Assembly (NCBI GenBank): GCA_958296245.1
Contig: OY282458.1
Span: 1,190,238 to 1,254,237 of the forward strand
DNA from: an uncultured Dehalococcoidia bacterium
Lineage (GTDB): Bacteria; Chloroflexota; Dehalococcoidia; Lucifugimonadales; G958296245
Direction of reading: 5' to 3'
Length of the DNA: 64,000 bases
Shown: positions 18,993-27,871 of the stretch, piece by piece
How the letters are laid out: each line of letters begins with the position of its first letter
How positions within the stretch are numbered: position 1 is the stretch's first letter
Position numbers and translations under genes: made by a program
Notes under the pieces: generated by a model
The model's input: the letters and a program-made list of their open reading frames with translations, nothing else
Told to the model about the DNA's origin: nothing
The model's database searches: none

Positions 18993-21273
18993 GCGCTCCC
19001 GGCCGCCACTCGATGACCTCGGCCTCCTCCGGCGTCGCTTCGACGCGGACGGGGAAGCGCCCGCCCCTTGCGAGCAGGAGGCCGTCTCCCCTGGGGCAGG
19101 ACAGCAGCCAGCGCTGGAGGTCTGCGGGCAGGTCGAAGGCGTCGCCCACCGTGCTTATGGCGGCGGCGTCCTGCTGAAGCAGGAGCTTGAAGGCGGCGTT
19201 CTGTAACAGTGCCCGCCCGGAGTGTCCGGTGATGGCGCGGGAGGAGTCCTCGGAGAGAAGGTCCTGCACGTCCTGCGTGATGAACTGAAGGCCCAGCCGG
19301 TGCTTGCGCGCCCGCTTAGCCATGCTGACCATAAAGGCCGCCCCTTCGGGGTGCTGCATGATGCTCCACACCTCATCGACCACCAGCAGCCTCGGCTTGG
19401 AGTCCTGGGCTGCGGCGGCCCACACCGTCTCGGTGCACACCATCGCGGCGGCGGGCCGAAGCTCCGGCTCCAAGAGCCGCAGGTCGAAGACGGTAACGAG
19501 GGCCTCGCTTCCCAGCAGGTCGTCGCCCTCGTCGGAGAGGAGGTGTCTGAGGCTGCCTGTGGCGAAGGGCCGTAGCAGCCGGGCGAGTTCTCCGTCTCCG
19601 TCGCTCTGTAGGTATGCGTGGAAATCGCGGAAGCCGGTGCGCTCTCTTGGCTGTGCGTAGTAGCCCGCCAGGGCGTGGTCGAGGGAGGCCCTGCGCTCCG
19701 CTCCGAGCGGCTCCCCCACCATCACCTCGATGAGTCTTCTCAGGCTGCCGATGCGCTGCAACAGCTCCTCGGAGTTCCCCCGCTCGATGACGAATGGGTT
19801 CATGCCCTCGCCGGGCACGCCCGGCGACAACACCCTCCCGCCTGCGGCGCGGGCCATGTCCGCATATTCACCTTCGGGGTCGATGACGTAGGCGGTGACC
19901 CCGCGAGTGACGCCGCGCAGCACTCCCAGCTTGGTTGCGAACGACTTGCCGCTGCCGGAGCGGGCTAGGACGGCGGTGTTGGCGTTCAGGTGCGTTCCGT
20001 CCCAAGAGTCGTAGACCACCGGGGAGCAGGCCCGCAGGTCGATGCCGTAGAGGGTGCCGCTCCGCGTGTCCAGGTCCGGCGGCGAGAAGGGGAAGAGCCG
20101 CGCCAGGCTGGACGTGTCCAGGGTGCGCCACACCGCCACCGCGTTGAGGGCCAGGGGCAGCGTCGAAAGGAGACCTTCGCGCTGGCGGAAGGCGAGGTTG
20201 TCTAGCTTGCCCAAGGTGGCCGCGAAGTGAGCCTTAGCACGCTGGGTCATCTCCTTCAGTGAAGCCTCGTCCTTCGCGTGCAGCGTCACCGACAGCGACG
20301 AGTGGAAGAGCCTTTCTCGCCCTCTCTGCACCTCGTCCCTGAGCCTGGTCACGTCCTCCAAGGCGATCTCCGCCTCCGGGGACATGGTGCGGCCCCGCTT
20401 GAAGGAGAGGCTCTGCGCGGACTCGAATCGCACCTTCTGCCACTCCAGAGTACGAGCCGCCTGCTCAGCGGGAATGGGGCCGAGGTGGATGGACAGGTCC
20501 ATCGGTGCGCCCGCCGCCATGAGGCTTTGGAGGAAGCCGGGGGCCAGCGACCGGGGCCACTTGCCCAGGTGCAGCGAGCGGGTGAGGTGTCCACCAGTCT
20601 GCCCAGGTAGACAGACTCGCACGTCGAGGCGGTTGATCTCGACCCCGACAGGCGCGTCCTCGTCGAACTCGGCGGGAGACCCGCCAAGGGCGGCGGACAC
20701 CAGGAACATTCGCAGCTGGCGGCCTTCCAGCTGATGCACCGACAGTCCGGCCTTGGCCAGCAGCCCGCGAAGCTCGTCGGCCCGCTCGAACTCGCACACG
20801 GCGTAGAAGCGCCGGTCAAGGATGCCGTCGCGTGCCTCGAGATTCGTTAGCAGTCCCCGAAGGGACTCCGACGCCGCCTTCGTCTGCGCGGGCAGGTCGT
20901 CGGGCTGCGCCTCCTTCAGGTTCTCCCGCAGTCGTCCCAGACGCGGCGGGTGCTGTCGAACCAGCAGCTGAGCCGGGAAGTCGAGGGCATTGAGCGCCCC
21001 GGCGAAGGCTCCGAGCTTCGGCTCGTCAAGCTCCAGCCCCATCACCTCGCACACACCGAGCTTCACCCCGTCGAGGCGGACCGGGCCGTCCTCCTCGAGG
21101 TGGGAGAGCATGAAGAGCAGTGGCAGCTCCGGCGGCGGCTTGGGAGCAGGGTCTTTCGTCTGGGAGTCGGACTTGCGGCCAACGCCCAGCCTCTCTCGCA
21201 GAGCCCGCCTGACGGCAGGGCAGGCGGCGACTCCCATCGCTCCTCTCATCGTTCGTTCGAGTAGCGTCTTCAA
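18985..21273 (-). CDS. VirB4/TrbE-like conjugative ATPase
   Basis: The Walker A is LARSGSGKSF and the Walker B is LLVVDEVWSIM. The segment RKHRLGLQFITQDVQDL is typical of monoderm-type VirB4 homologs. Confidence 0.85.
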   Translation of the reverse strand: MKTLLERTMRGAMGVAACPAVRRALRERLGVGRKSDSQTKDPAPKPPPELPLLFMLSHLEEDGPVRLDGVKLGVCEVMGLELDEPKLGAFAGALNALDFPAQLLVRQHPPRLGRLRENLKEAQPDDLPAQTKAASESLRGLLTNLEARDGILDRRFYAVCEFERADELRGLLAKAGLSVHQLEGRQLRMFLVSAALGGSPAEFDEDAPVGVEINRLDVRVCLPGQTGGHLTRSLHLGKWPRSLAPGFLQSLMAAGAPMDLSIHLGPIPAEQAARTLEWQKVRFESAQSLSFKRGRTMSPEAEIALEDVTRLRDEVQRGRERLFHSSLSVTLHAKDEASLKEMTQRAKAHFAATLGKLDNLAFRQREGLLSTLPLALNAVAVWRTLDTSSLARLFPFSPPDLDTRSGTLYGIDLRACSPVVYDSWDGTHLNANTAVLARSGSGKSFATKLGVLRGVTRGVTAYVIDPEGEYADMARAAGGRVLSPGVPGEGMNPFVIERGNSEELLQRIGSLRRLIEVMVGEPLGAERRASLDHALAGYYAQPRERTGFRDFHAYLQSDGDGELARLLRPFATGSLRHLLSDEGDDLLGSEALVTVFDLRLLEPELRPAAAMVCTETVWAAAAQDSKPRLLVVDEVWSIMQHPEGAAFMVSMAKRARKHRLGLQFITQDVQDLLSEDSSRAITGHSGRALLQNAAFKLLLQQDAAAISTVGDAFDLPADLQRWLLSCPRGDGLLLARGGRFPVRVEATPEEAEVIEWRPGAHG

Positions 21274-21288
21274 CTCGGCGGTCTCCTT

Positions 21289-21600
21289 CTATGGGATGGG
21301 GACGATGCCGCTCAGCAGGGCAAGGGCCACGCCCTTCGCCGACAGCGCCAGGGCCAGCCCAACGACGGCCCCGACGACGGCGCTCCTGGCCCTGCCCGCG
21401 CCGCGCTCCTCGCCTCCCTCGGCCATCAGGACGAATCCCGCCCACACGACGGAGAACAGACAGAGGCCGGACGCGGCGTAGGCCATCGCCGTCAGCACGT
21501 CGCTGAAGGCTTCCAGCATCTTCTTTTCCTCGTCCGGCGCAGCTCCCAGAAACGTGAGCGCCGCGCCGGTGAGAAACAGGACTGTAACGATTCGCCTCAT
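21289..21600 (-). CDS. TrbC/VirB2-like pilin candidate (small membrane protein)
   Basis: 103 aa, with a signal-like N-terminus followed by two hydrophobic helices (ASGLCLFSVVWAGFVLM and VVGAVVGLALALSAKGVALALL). Confidence 0.55.
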   Translation of the reverse strand: MRRIVTVLFLTGAALTFLGAAPDEEKKMLEAFSDVLTAMAYAASGLCLFSVVWAGFVLMAEGGEERGAGRARSAVVGAVVGLALALSAKGVALALLSGIVPIP

Positions 21601-23327
21601 TACGGCCTCCGTCCGTCGAAGAGGTCGTCAAACTCCCTCTCGGTGAGGGGCGTCTGCTCGGCGGGCTCGGGCTTCTCCTCCGGCTCGGGCAGGACGAGGG
21701 TCTTGAACGAGTCATCGGCTCCGACGTTCAGCGACAGGACGACGCTCTCGCTCCTGCTCCGGGTGATGGGCGAACGCTCCACCACCTCGGCCTGCACGCG
21801 CTCCGGGTGGAGTATCTCGAAGGTGAAGTACTCCGAGATGACGCGGGCGGGGAACGAGGCATACCTCGACGCGTGGCGGGTGGACCATGTCCCGTCGTGG
21901 TTCCGCACCGGGAACGAAATCTCGACCCACCTGCCGACCTCGGGGCAGGTCATGCTCACACTCTCGGTGCGCTCCTGGACCCTCGCGGGGTGGTGGGTGA
22001 GCCGCGTCAGCGGGGGCAGGGCGATCTTCAGGCTCGCACGCACGTCCGCCCGTATTGCCACGGCGTGAACGGCCTCGCCTCTCTCCACCGAGAGGGAGAA
22101 GCGGGTATCACCGTCGCGGACGAACGGGACGCTCGCGCGCGACCCGCCGACCATGACCGTGACGGTCCCGGTGACGGCGGTGACCTCGGCGTCCATCGCC
22201 GCCGTCTCGGTGACGCTCTCGTGTCCGGCCACCGTCCGGAGGCTGACGGCCTCCTCGACGTCGGACGCGCACTCGGACTCGACCGTTCCCTCGATGCTCC
22301 CCGGCGTCCAGCCCAGGGACTTGACTCGCACGTCGCAGAGCTCCCTGTCAGCCGACGGCAGCGGGTACGGCAGCTGCTCGTCCTTCAGGGTGACGGCTCC
22401 CGCCTGTCCCAGCGTGTCCTTCCACGAGAAGGTGAGGGAGGGCGCTTCGCCTGAGAGGGGCAGGGAGTAGGCGATGCGCTCCCCGTCGTCCAGGCTCGCC
22501 GAGCCCCAGAAGCGCAGCGACCGGCCCTGCCTGCCGCCGTAGGCCCTCACCCGCAGGTCCAGGTCGGTGGCGGCCCGCAGGGTGACGCCGGCCCGGTCTC
22601 CAGACACCGCCAGCCCCTCGATGAAGAGCCTGCGTCCGGGCACCGGCTCGGGTATCTCGAACCCGATCTCGTCGAACCCCCAGCCCCCGTCGTCGGGGCC
22701 GTCGGCCAGGGCCGCCTGGGGAACCGCCGCTGCCGCCACCGCTAGGGCGATGACGATCACGAGCGCGAACCTGCCCCTGCGGGGCTTTCGACGCCCGGCC
22801 TCCAGCGCCTCGGCCCTGTGGCCGTGACCGCGGCTTCCTCCATCACTCCGCCTGCGCTTGCCGAACCAGCGCATCCGCCCGTTGCGGCGCTCGCCGTCCT
22901 TGCGCTTCTTCTTGCGCAGCCTGCGAAGGCCGTGCCGCGCCTTCCTCACCATCAGCCGCAGCCTCTCTGCGTGCCTGGCGGGGGCTGGCGGGCCGGAGTC
23001 GGCCTGAGCGGGCGTTGGAGGCTCGCTCCGCACCAGCTGGGTCGGAGGCCCGGCGTAGCGCCGAGCCCCCAGCCCGAACCTCAACAGGTCGGCGGCCGCC
23101 AGCGGCAGCTGCCTTCCTCCGATCTTCCCCACTATCATCGCGACCCCCGCGAGGCCCAGGACGACGGCCAGGGCCATCCGTACCCCTGCGGGACCCACGG
23201 GGGCGTAGCGGTACGCGCCGTAGGACAGGGCGCACACCGCCGTCATCGCCACGATCTGGGGGAACGTGAACCACAGCAGCACCCTGTCCTCGGCCTGCAC
23301 GTGGGTCGGCACCTCGTGATCTCTCAT
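21600..23327 (-). CDS. PrgI-family N-terminal membrane domain fused to a large extracytoplasmic domain
   Basis: GGAAGGAGG lies upstream of the ATG at 23327. MRDHEVPTHVQAEDRVLLWFTFPQIVAMTAVCAL matches the PrgI-like start as I remember it. A basic linker, a second TM segment and about 380 aa of beta-rich sequence follow. Confidence 0.6.
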   Translation of the reverse strand: MRDHEVPTHVQAEDRVLLWFTFPQIVAMTAVCALSYGAYRYAPVGPAGVRMALAVVLGLAGVAMIVGKIGGRQLPLAAADLLRFGLGARRYAGPPTQLVRSEPPTPAQADSGPPAPARHAERLRLMVRKARHGLRRLRKKKRKDGERRNGRMRWFGKRRRSDGGSRGHGHRAEALEAGRRKPRRGRFALVIVIALAVAAAAVPQAALADGPDDGGWGFDEIGFEIPEPVPGRRLFIEGLAVSGDRAGVTLRAATDLDLRVRAYGGRQGRSLRFWGSASLDDGERIAYSLPLSGEAPSLTFSWKDTLGQAGAVTLKDEQLPYPLPSADRELCDVRVKSLGWTPGSIEGTVESECASDVEEAVSLRTVAGHESVTETAAMDAEVTAVTGTVTVMVGGSRASVPFVRDGDTRFSLSVERGEAVHAVAIRADVRASLKIALPPLTRLTHHPARVQERTESVSMTCPEVGRWVEISFPVRNHDGTWSTRHASRYASFPARVISEYFTFEILHPERVQAEVVERSPITRSRSESVVLSLNVGADDSFKTLVLPEPEEKPEPAEQTPLTEREFDDLFDGRRP

Positions 23328-23353
23328 GTCTCTTCCTCCTTCCGCATGTCCGG

Positions 23354-23650
23354 CTATCCGCCGGACCTGGGGGTCGGCGTCGGCGTGGCCGGGTCGGGCA
23401 GGTCGATCTCCACCGGCGATCCCACCACGGCGTTCATCACCAACTCGACGACTCCGTAGGCCACCATCGCCAGCACGATGCCCGCTATGGCGGTCATCAT
23501 GGCGCTCTTGCCTCTCTCCATCTGGTGGGGCGCCCCGCTGGCGGTCAGATAGAGGTACGCGCCGTAGACGAAGAAGCCCACGCCAACCGCACCCACGACG
23601 CCCAGCAGGATTCCTACCAGGTTCGAAATGGTCTGCGTCAACTGTTCCAT
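23354..23650 (-). CDS. TrbC/VirB2-like pilin candidate 2
   Basis: 98 aa with two hydrophobic helices (LVGILLGVVGAVGVGFFVYGAYLYL and MMTAIAGIVLAMVAYGVVELV) and a Pro/Thr-rich tail. Confidence 0.55.
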   Translation of the reverse strand: MEQLTQTISNLVGILLGVVGAVGVGFFVYGAYLYLTASGAPHQMERGKSAMMTAIAGIVLAMVAYGVVELVMNAVVGSPVEIDLPDPATPTPTPRSGG

Positions 23651-23778
23651 TTGTCTCTTCTCCTCTCGTTTCGCCGGGCGACCTCATCGCCCGGTCTTCA
23701 GCCGTTCGCTCCTCGTTCCGCGCCTTCCTGCCGTTCCGCCTACCGGCACATCGCTCCACCTCCTTCGCCGTGTTGCCG

Positions 23779-24762
23779 TTACTCCCCGCTGCTCCTGGGC
23801 GCTCCGCCGCCACCACCCTCGTCCGAGGGGGTCGCCATGTCCGCCGCAGAGCGGATGCCGCCGACCACGCCGGACGCGAGGCTCGCAACCGCCGCGCCCA
23901 CCGCCATTCCCACCGGGCCTCCCGCAGTCCCCGCCGCCGCACCCTTGAGAAGCCCCATCGACCGGGCGGAGCCGAGTAGGGCCTTGGGCAGCGCCATGCC
24001 GAAGTAGAGGGCGCTCAACCAGGAGTCGAAGGTGCCCGCGTTGCCGAGCATGGACGGCACCTTGGTTGCCATGTAGACGAAGGCGATGGACATCAGCAGC
24101 TTCCAGATCAGGTCCTGCACCGGCTCGAAGGCCGCTATCGCCGCGACCTCGTTGAGGAAGCCGAGGCCCATCGCCAGCGCGATGAGCTGGATGGCCTGCT
24201 GCCACACCGTCGTCATGAAGAGCCGCAGCCAGTGGCGTCCCCAGCCGGACGTGTGCGGCAGTATCCACAGCCCCAACGCGATGGGAGCGAGCGCCAGCAG
24301 GATGTCGATCAGCGCCAGCCTGAGAATCATCTGCACGATCACGTAGAGCACGAAGAAGCCGTAGACCAGGTAGAGCACCGCCATCAGCGCCACCAGGCCC
24401 ACGCTCCCCGTCACGACCGGGGTGAGCAGGGTCGCCAACTTGGCCCGCAGCAGGTCTCCCGGCGTGACGACCAGAGAGGCGGCGATGAAGCCCGACACGG
24501 CGTCGGCGACGTCGAGCACTAGGGCGCACCACCACAGCGACGTGGCGGCGGCCACGAGACCCAGCACGAGCCGGGGAACCATCTCCCGCCAGCCCGCCTG
24601 GGTCTGCCCCAGGTGGTGCTGCACGATGAGGCTCAGCCCCATCCAGCCCAGGATCACGACGAGGGCGCCGGACGTTACGGCCCACACGACCGTCCACGAC
24701 TGTCGGACGATGGGGTGCAGGTAGGTCAGCTCGGGGGGCGTGCCGGTCAGGATGTCACTCAT
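23779..24762 (-). CDS. TrbL/VirB6-like polytopic membrane protein
   Basis: At least 6 TM segments and a Gly/Ala-rich C-terminal tail. The start was trimmed to the ATG at 24762 (MSDILTG...). Confidence 0.65.
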   Translation of the reverse strand: MSDILTGTPPELTYLHPIVRQSWTVVWAVTSGALVVILGWMGLSLIVQHHLGQTQAGWREMVPRLVLGLVAAATSLWWCALVLDVADAVSGFIAASLVVTPGDLLRAKLATLLTPVVTGSVGLVALMAVLYLVYGFFVLYVIVQMILRLALIDILLALAPIALGLWILPHTSGWGRHWLRLFMTTVWQQAIQLIALAMGLGFLNEVAAIAAFEPVQDLIWKLLMSIAFVYMATKVPSMLGNAGTFDSWLSALYFGMALPKALLGSARSMGLLKGAAAGTAGGPVGMAVGAAVASLASGVVGGIRSAADMATPSDEGGGGGAPRSSGE

Positions 24763-24767
24763 GAGGC

Positions 24768-25388
24768 TCAGTCCGTCCCGCAGTTGGCTGCGTCTGAGCC
24801 GCTGGCCTTCTCGACCACGCCGCAGAGGGTGCCGTGGACACCCTCGATGACCCATCGGGCGACGGCCCTGGCCCAGCGCGCCGGGTCGAGCGCGCCCAGG
24901 ATCCTGTCCCAGATGCGGCCGGGCTGGTGGATGGGGATGACCGCGTGGAAGGTGTGGGGAGCGGACCCGCTCGTCTCCCTCGCCAGCATGACCAGCAGAT
25001 AGGCCCGTTCAGGGTCGAGGTCGGGCTGCTCGTTCAGCGCCGGATACTCGAAGCCGTACTCCCAGCCCTCGCGCAGCCTCTTCTCACCGCCCTTGATCCG
25101 ATACATGGCGGTGGTCCAGTCGCCGGTGTCGGCGTCTCGAATGCCGTAGTAGAGGGCGTAGATCTCGCGGTCGAAGATGGGCCTCGCCACGAAGTCGCCC
25201 TTCTTCTTCCGCTCCACGACCTCCCGGTCGGCGTTGACCAGGACGATGGGCGACCCGCCTGGCGGGGCCTGCGCTAGGGCGAGGCTGCTCGACGGGACGA
25301 CCAGCAGCGCCGCCAGCAGCAGCGCGGCGGTCAGGGACGTCAGCCGCCTTGCGGACCTGAATCTCGATTGCAGTTGCAACTCGTTCAC
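24768..25388 (-). CDS. Secreted hypothetical protein (first gene of the transfer operon)
   Basis: The signal peptide is RRLTSLTAALLLAALLVVPSSSLALAQA. The start is uncertain (GTG 25388 or ATG 25472). The stop lies 5 nt before the TrbL-like start. Confidence 0.55.
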   Translation of the reverse strand: MNELQLQSRFRSARRLTSLTAALLLAALLVVPSSSLALAQAPPGGSPIVLVNADREVVERKKKGDFVARPIFDREIYALYYGIRDADTGDWTTAMYRIKGGEKRLREGWEYGFEYPALNEQPDLDPERAYLLVMLARETSGSAPHTFHAVIPIHQPGRIWDRILGALDPARWARAVARWVIEGVHGTLCGVVEKASGSDAANCGTD

Positions 25389-25577
25389 CTCTCTGCGGTC
25401 TCTTGCGAATCGTCGACTCGCAGCTCTCGCAATCGAGTGTGAGGAGTCCGAAAGCGTTATCCCATGCCTCATAGAGGGGGGTGAGCCCGCCCCCCAGGGG
25501 GCAAGCGCGCCCCTCTCTATGGGGCATGGGAATCTCGGGGGCGTTCGTGGTGTCATAGACGTGTACGGGAAATGGCG

Positions 25578-25842
25578 CGAGTTCCAAAAACGGAAGTCGG
25601 GGTGTTGGCAAAGCTGAAACGGGGTGAACGGCCCCCTACAGGACAATCGCGGGAAGCGCTTTGGTTCCACAGCGCGTTCCGGCGCCGGTTCCAACTCCCA
25701 GCTACGAGAGTTCCGTTCTCGGAAGTGGGCCATCGGGAGCGTGACTTCCGGTTCGCAGCTATGGAAGTTCCGTTTTTGGAAGTGAGCTTTCGGGGCCGGA
25801 TTTTCGGTTCGCAGCTACGAGAATTTCGTGTTTCGGAAGTGG
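25578..25842 (+). repeat. Tandem 56-57 bp direct repeats (3 good copies plus degenerate upstream copies), each containing a TTCCG..CGGAA-type inverted repeat
   Basis: The cores are AGCTACGAGAGTTCCGTTCTCGGAAGTGGGC (from 25700), AGCTATGGAAGTTCCGTTTTTGGAAGTGAGC (from 25757) and AGCTACGAGAATTTCGTGTTTCGGAAGTGGAA (from 25813). A partial copy GAGTTCCAAAAACGGAAGT lies at 25579-25597. Confidence 0.8.
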
Positions 25843-25855
25843 AAGGAGGAGAGGG

Positions 25856-26701
25856 ATGAAAGAGAAATTGCTGGCAGGTGACGCCACGCCCAGCCTGGAG
25901 AGCCTTCACGGGGTGCGGTTGACGGCGTTGATGCACGATCTCATGAACAGGGAAGGCAAGATGGGGGCGGCGCAGATTCTGGGGGTCAACCACAAGACCC
26001 TGACGGCCGCCGTCGAGTCGGGGAACCTGACTCCACGGTTGTCGGACGCCTTGGAGAAGGTGCTGCTGTCCCGTGAGGCCGAAGCCTTCGTGGAGCTCAG
26101 GGAGCGGGTGCGGGAGTTGGAGAGCCGCATGGAGGCGGTCGAGGCGCGGGCTCGGAGCATCCCCGGCGAGATCAGGGAGGCCGTCGAGATGGAGTCGGAG
26201 AGCCGGGAGAAGGGAGTGGGGACGGCGAGTGAGCCGACGGAACGGCCCGCCGGCATGGGTGCAAGTCCCCAGGGAGAAGGCCCCCAGGATGCGGCAGGGA
26301 GCGAACAACGTCAGCCGCGCAGTTCACCGCCTCGTCGACTGTTCAGGACGACGCGCCCCTCGGTGGTCACGCAGGAGCCGCAGCCCGGCGACGAGCAGGC
26401 CTTCGGAGAGGCGTGGCCGCTGGTGGAGGAGTGGCGCGGGCTGCGGGAGAGCCATTCCCCTCAGGGCCGGGGACTGTCCTGGCTGGTGGGCGAAGAGCGG
26501 CTGCGGGAGCTGGAGACCGCCCTGATCGGGGAGCACGAGCTGACGATGCCTCCCGACACGGACCCCTGGGACAGCCTTGGCCGGCGCACGCAGGTCCGCT
26601 GGCGCACTCAGACCCTGGACAGGGTGCGCGGCGAGCGCGTCAGAGCGCAGTGGCGTCGGTGGATTCGTCGGGTCCTGACCCTCGGCCTGTGGCGGAGCTA
26701 G
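25856..26701 (+). CDS. HTH plus coiled-coil hypothetical protein
   Basis: GGAAGGAGG lies upstream. The N-terminal HTH-like segment is KMGAAQILGVNHKTLTAAVESG, followed by an E/R-rich coiled coil. Confidence 0.65.
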   Translation: MKEKLLAGDATPSLESLHGVRLTALMHDLMNREGKMGAAQILGVNHKTLTAAVESGNLTPRLSDALEKVLLSREAEAFVELRERVRELESRMEAVEARARSIPGEIREAVEMESESREKGVGTASEPTERPAGMGASPQGEGPQDAAGSEQRQPRSSPPRRLFRTTRPSVVTQEPQPGDEQAFGEAWPLVEEWRGLRESHSPQGRGLSWLVGEERLRELETALIGEHELTMPPDTDPWDSLGRRTQVRWRTQTLDRVRGERVRAQWRRWIRRVLTLGLWRS

Positions 26702-27165
26702 CCTCCGGCGCATCGTTGGCCCATTGTTGGCGCAAAGCAGGCAGCGATATGGACTTCGACGCGTGAAACCGTTGCCAAAGGCGAGAATAGGCGGTAATAC
26801 TGGGATTGTCGTCAGGCTTTTCCAGAGTTTCCCGCCCCAGAAACCTGGAGGGTCCATTCCCTGACCCGGGAACGACCGCATAGGATCGAGCGCTGCTCTC
26901 CGAACGGTCGCCCATGAGGGATAAGCGCCTTCCCGCTGCGTGAAGCTGGTCGAGGGGTCGAGCTCCGCTCCTCCGAAGCCGCTTCGGAAGCCGGGACACC
27001 CTGGGCGATGCGCCTCCTGCGCTTCGGTCCACGGAATCCCTGGTCGGAGTGCGCCCTGCGCCCCGACCGGTTCTTCACGCCTGCGGCATGGCAACTGAGT
27101 AGCTGAGCCGCAGCTTCACCACGCGCCGGTCTGCGATGTCGTCGTAGGCTGGCCGCTTCACGTCC

Positions 27166-27210
27166 CGCAGCTTCCCAGGACGTAGCCAGCGCAACTCCTG
27201 GGAAGCTGCG
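27166..27210. repeat. Perfect 15-bp inverted repeat with a 15-nt loop (oriT/nic-hairpin candidate)
   Basis: CGCAGCTTCCCAGGA (27166-27180) and TCCTGGGAAGCTGCG (27196-27210). Flanking direct repeats are CCGCAGCTTCAC and GCCGCTTCAC. Confidence 0.6.
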
Positions 27211-27397
27211 TCTTCCATCCCCGCTCGTCTCCCGCGTCCGCATCCGACCGTGGGCGGAGTGCGTCACTCGTCAACCCAATCACCAACGACCCGCGCCACG
27301 GATGCCGGCATGGGTCAGCAAACGGAAAGGAGGCGTCAATGAACGTCAGAGACATCCGGGCAGACGGCGAAAGCACAACCACAGCAAGGAGGACACG

Positions 27398-27871
27398 ATG
27401 ACGACGCAAGCGACGACGATTGGTGGGATTGGGACAGGGTCCAGGCCCAGCCTGGAAGAGCTGGTGGACCGGCTGATGGCCGCCCTGTTCAGCGAGGAGC
27501 GTGAGACGGCGGCGCCGACGGCAACGCAGAGCGTGGCCCGGAGCGTCCACGAGGCGCGGCGGCTCAGACAGGCGGGAGACCTCGACGGGGCGCTGGCAGT
27601 TCTGGCGGGCGTGGACACGGCAAAGGCGCAGACGCGGGAGGCGCGATGGACCTACGCGGAGTGGCTGGCCCTGGCGAAGCGGCGGTTCGGTGACAGGGAT
27701 GCCCTGGTCTACAGCCAGGGCGTGGGACGGGCCGCTGCCCTCGTTCCCAGGGGTGGCGGCGCGTTGGAGGTGGTTGCGGTCCTGGGGATGCGCTGGCAGC
27801 CCGGCAAGGTGGTATCCCTACGCAGCCTGCGTGGGCTGAAGCCGCTGAAGGGAGGCGCGTCATGGTCGTAG
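27398..27871 (+). CDS. Hypothetical protein
   Basis: AAGGAGG at 27387-27393 precedes the ATG at 27398. The stop region overlaps the primase start. Confidence 0.6.
   Translation: MTTQATTIGGIGTGSRPSLEELVDRLMAALFSEERETAAPTATQSVARSVHEARRLRQAGDLDGALAVLAGVDTAKAQTREARWTYAEWLALAKRRFGDRDALVYSQGVGRAAALVPRGGGALEVVAVLGMRWQPGKVVSLRSLRGLKPLKGGASWS

Noticed and set aside
25572-25859. 95-aa ORF spanning the tandem repeats, and the idea that the array is a CRISPR.
   Set aside because: The peptide merely echoes the DNA repeat (..FSEV..FRF..). The units are contiguous 56-57 bp repeats without unique spacers of comparable length, and no cas genes are present. It is neither a CDS nor a CRISPR.
27339-27401. 20-codon micro-ORF (MNVRDIRADGESTTTARRTR) with an AAAGGAGG SD, ending in an ATGA overlap with the 27398 gene.
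   Set aside because: It is attractive as a leader peptide, but it is too short to support without conservation or ribosome-profiling data.
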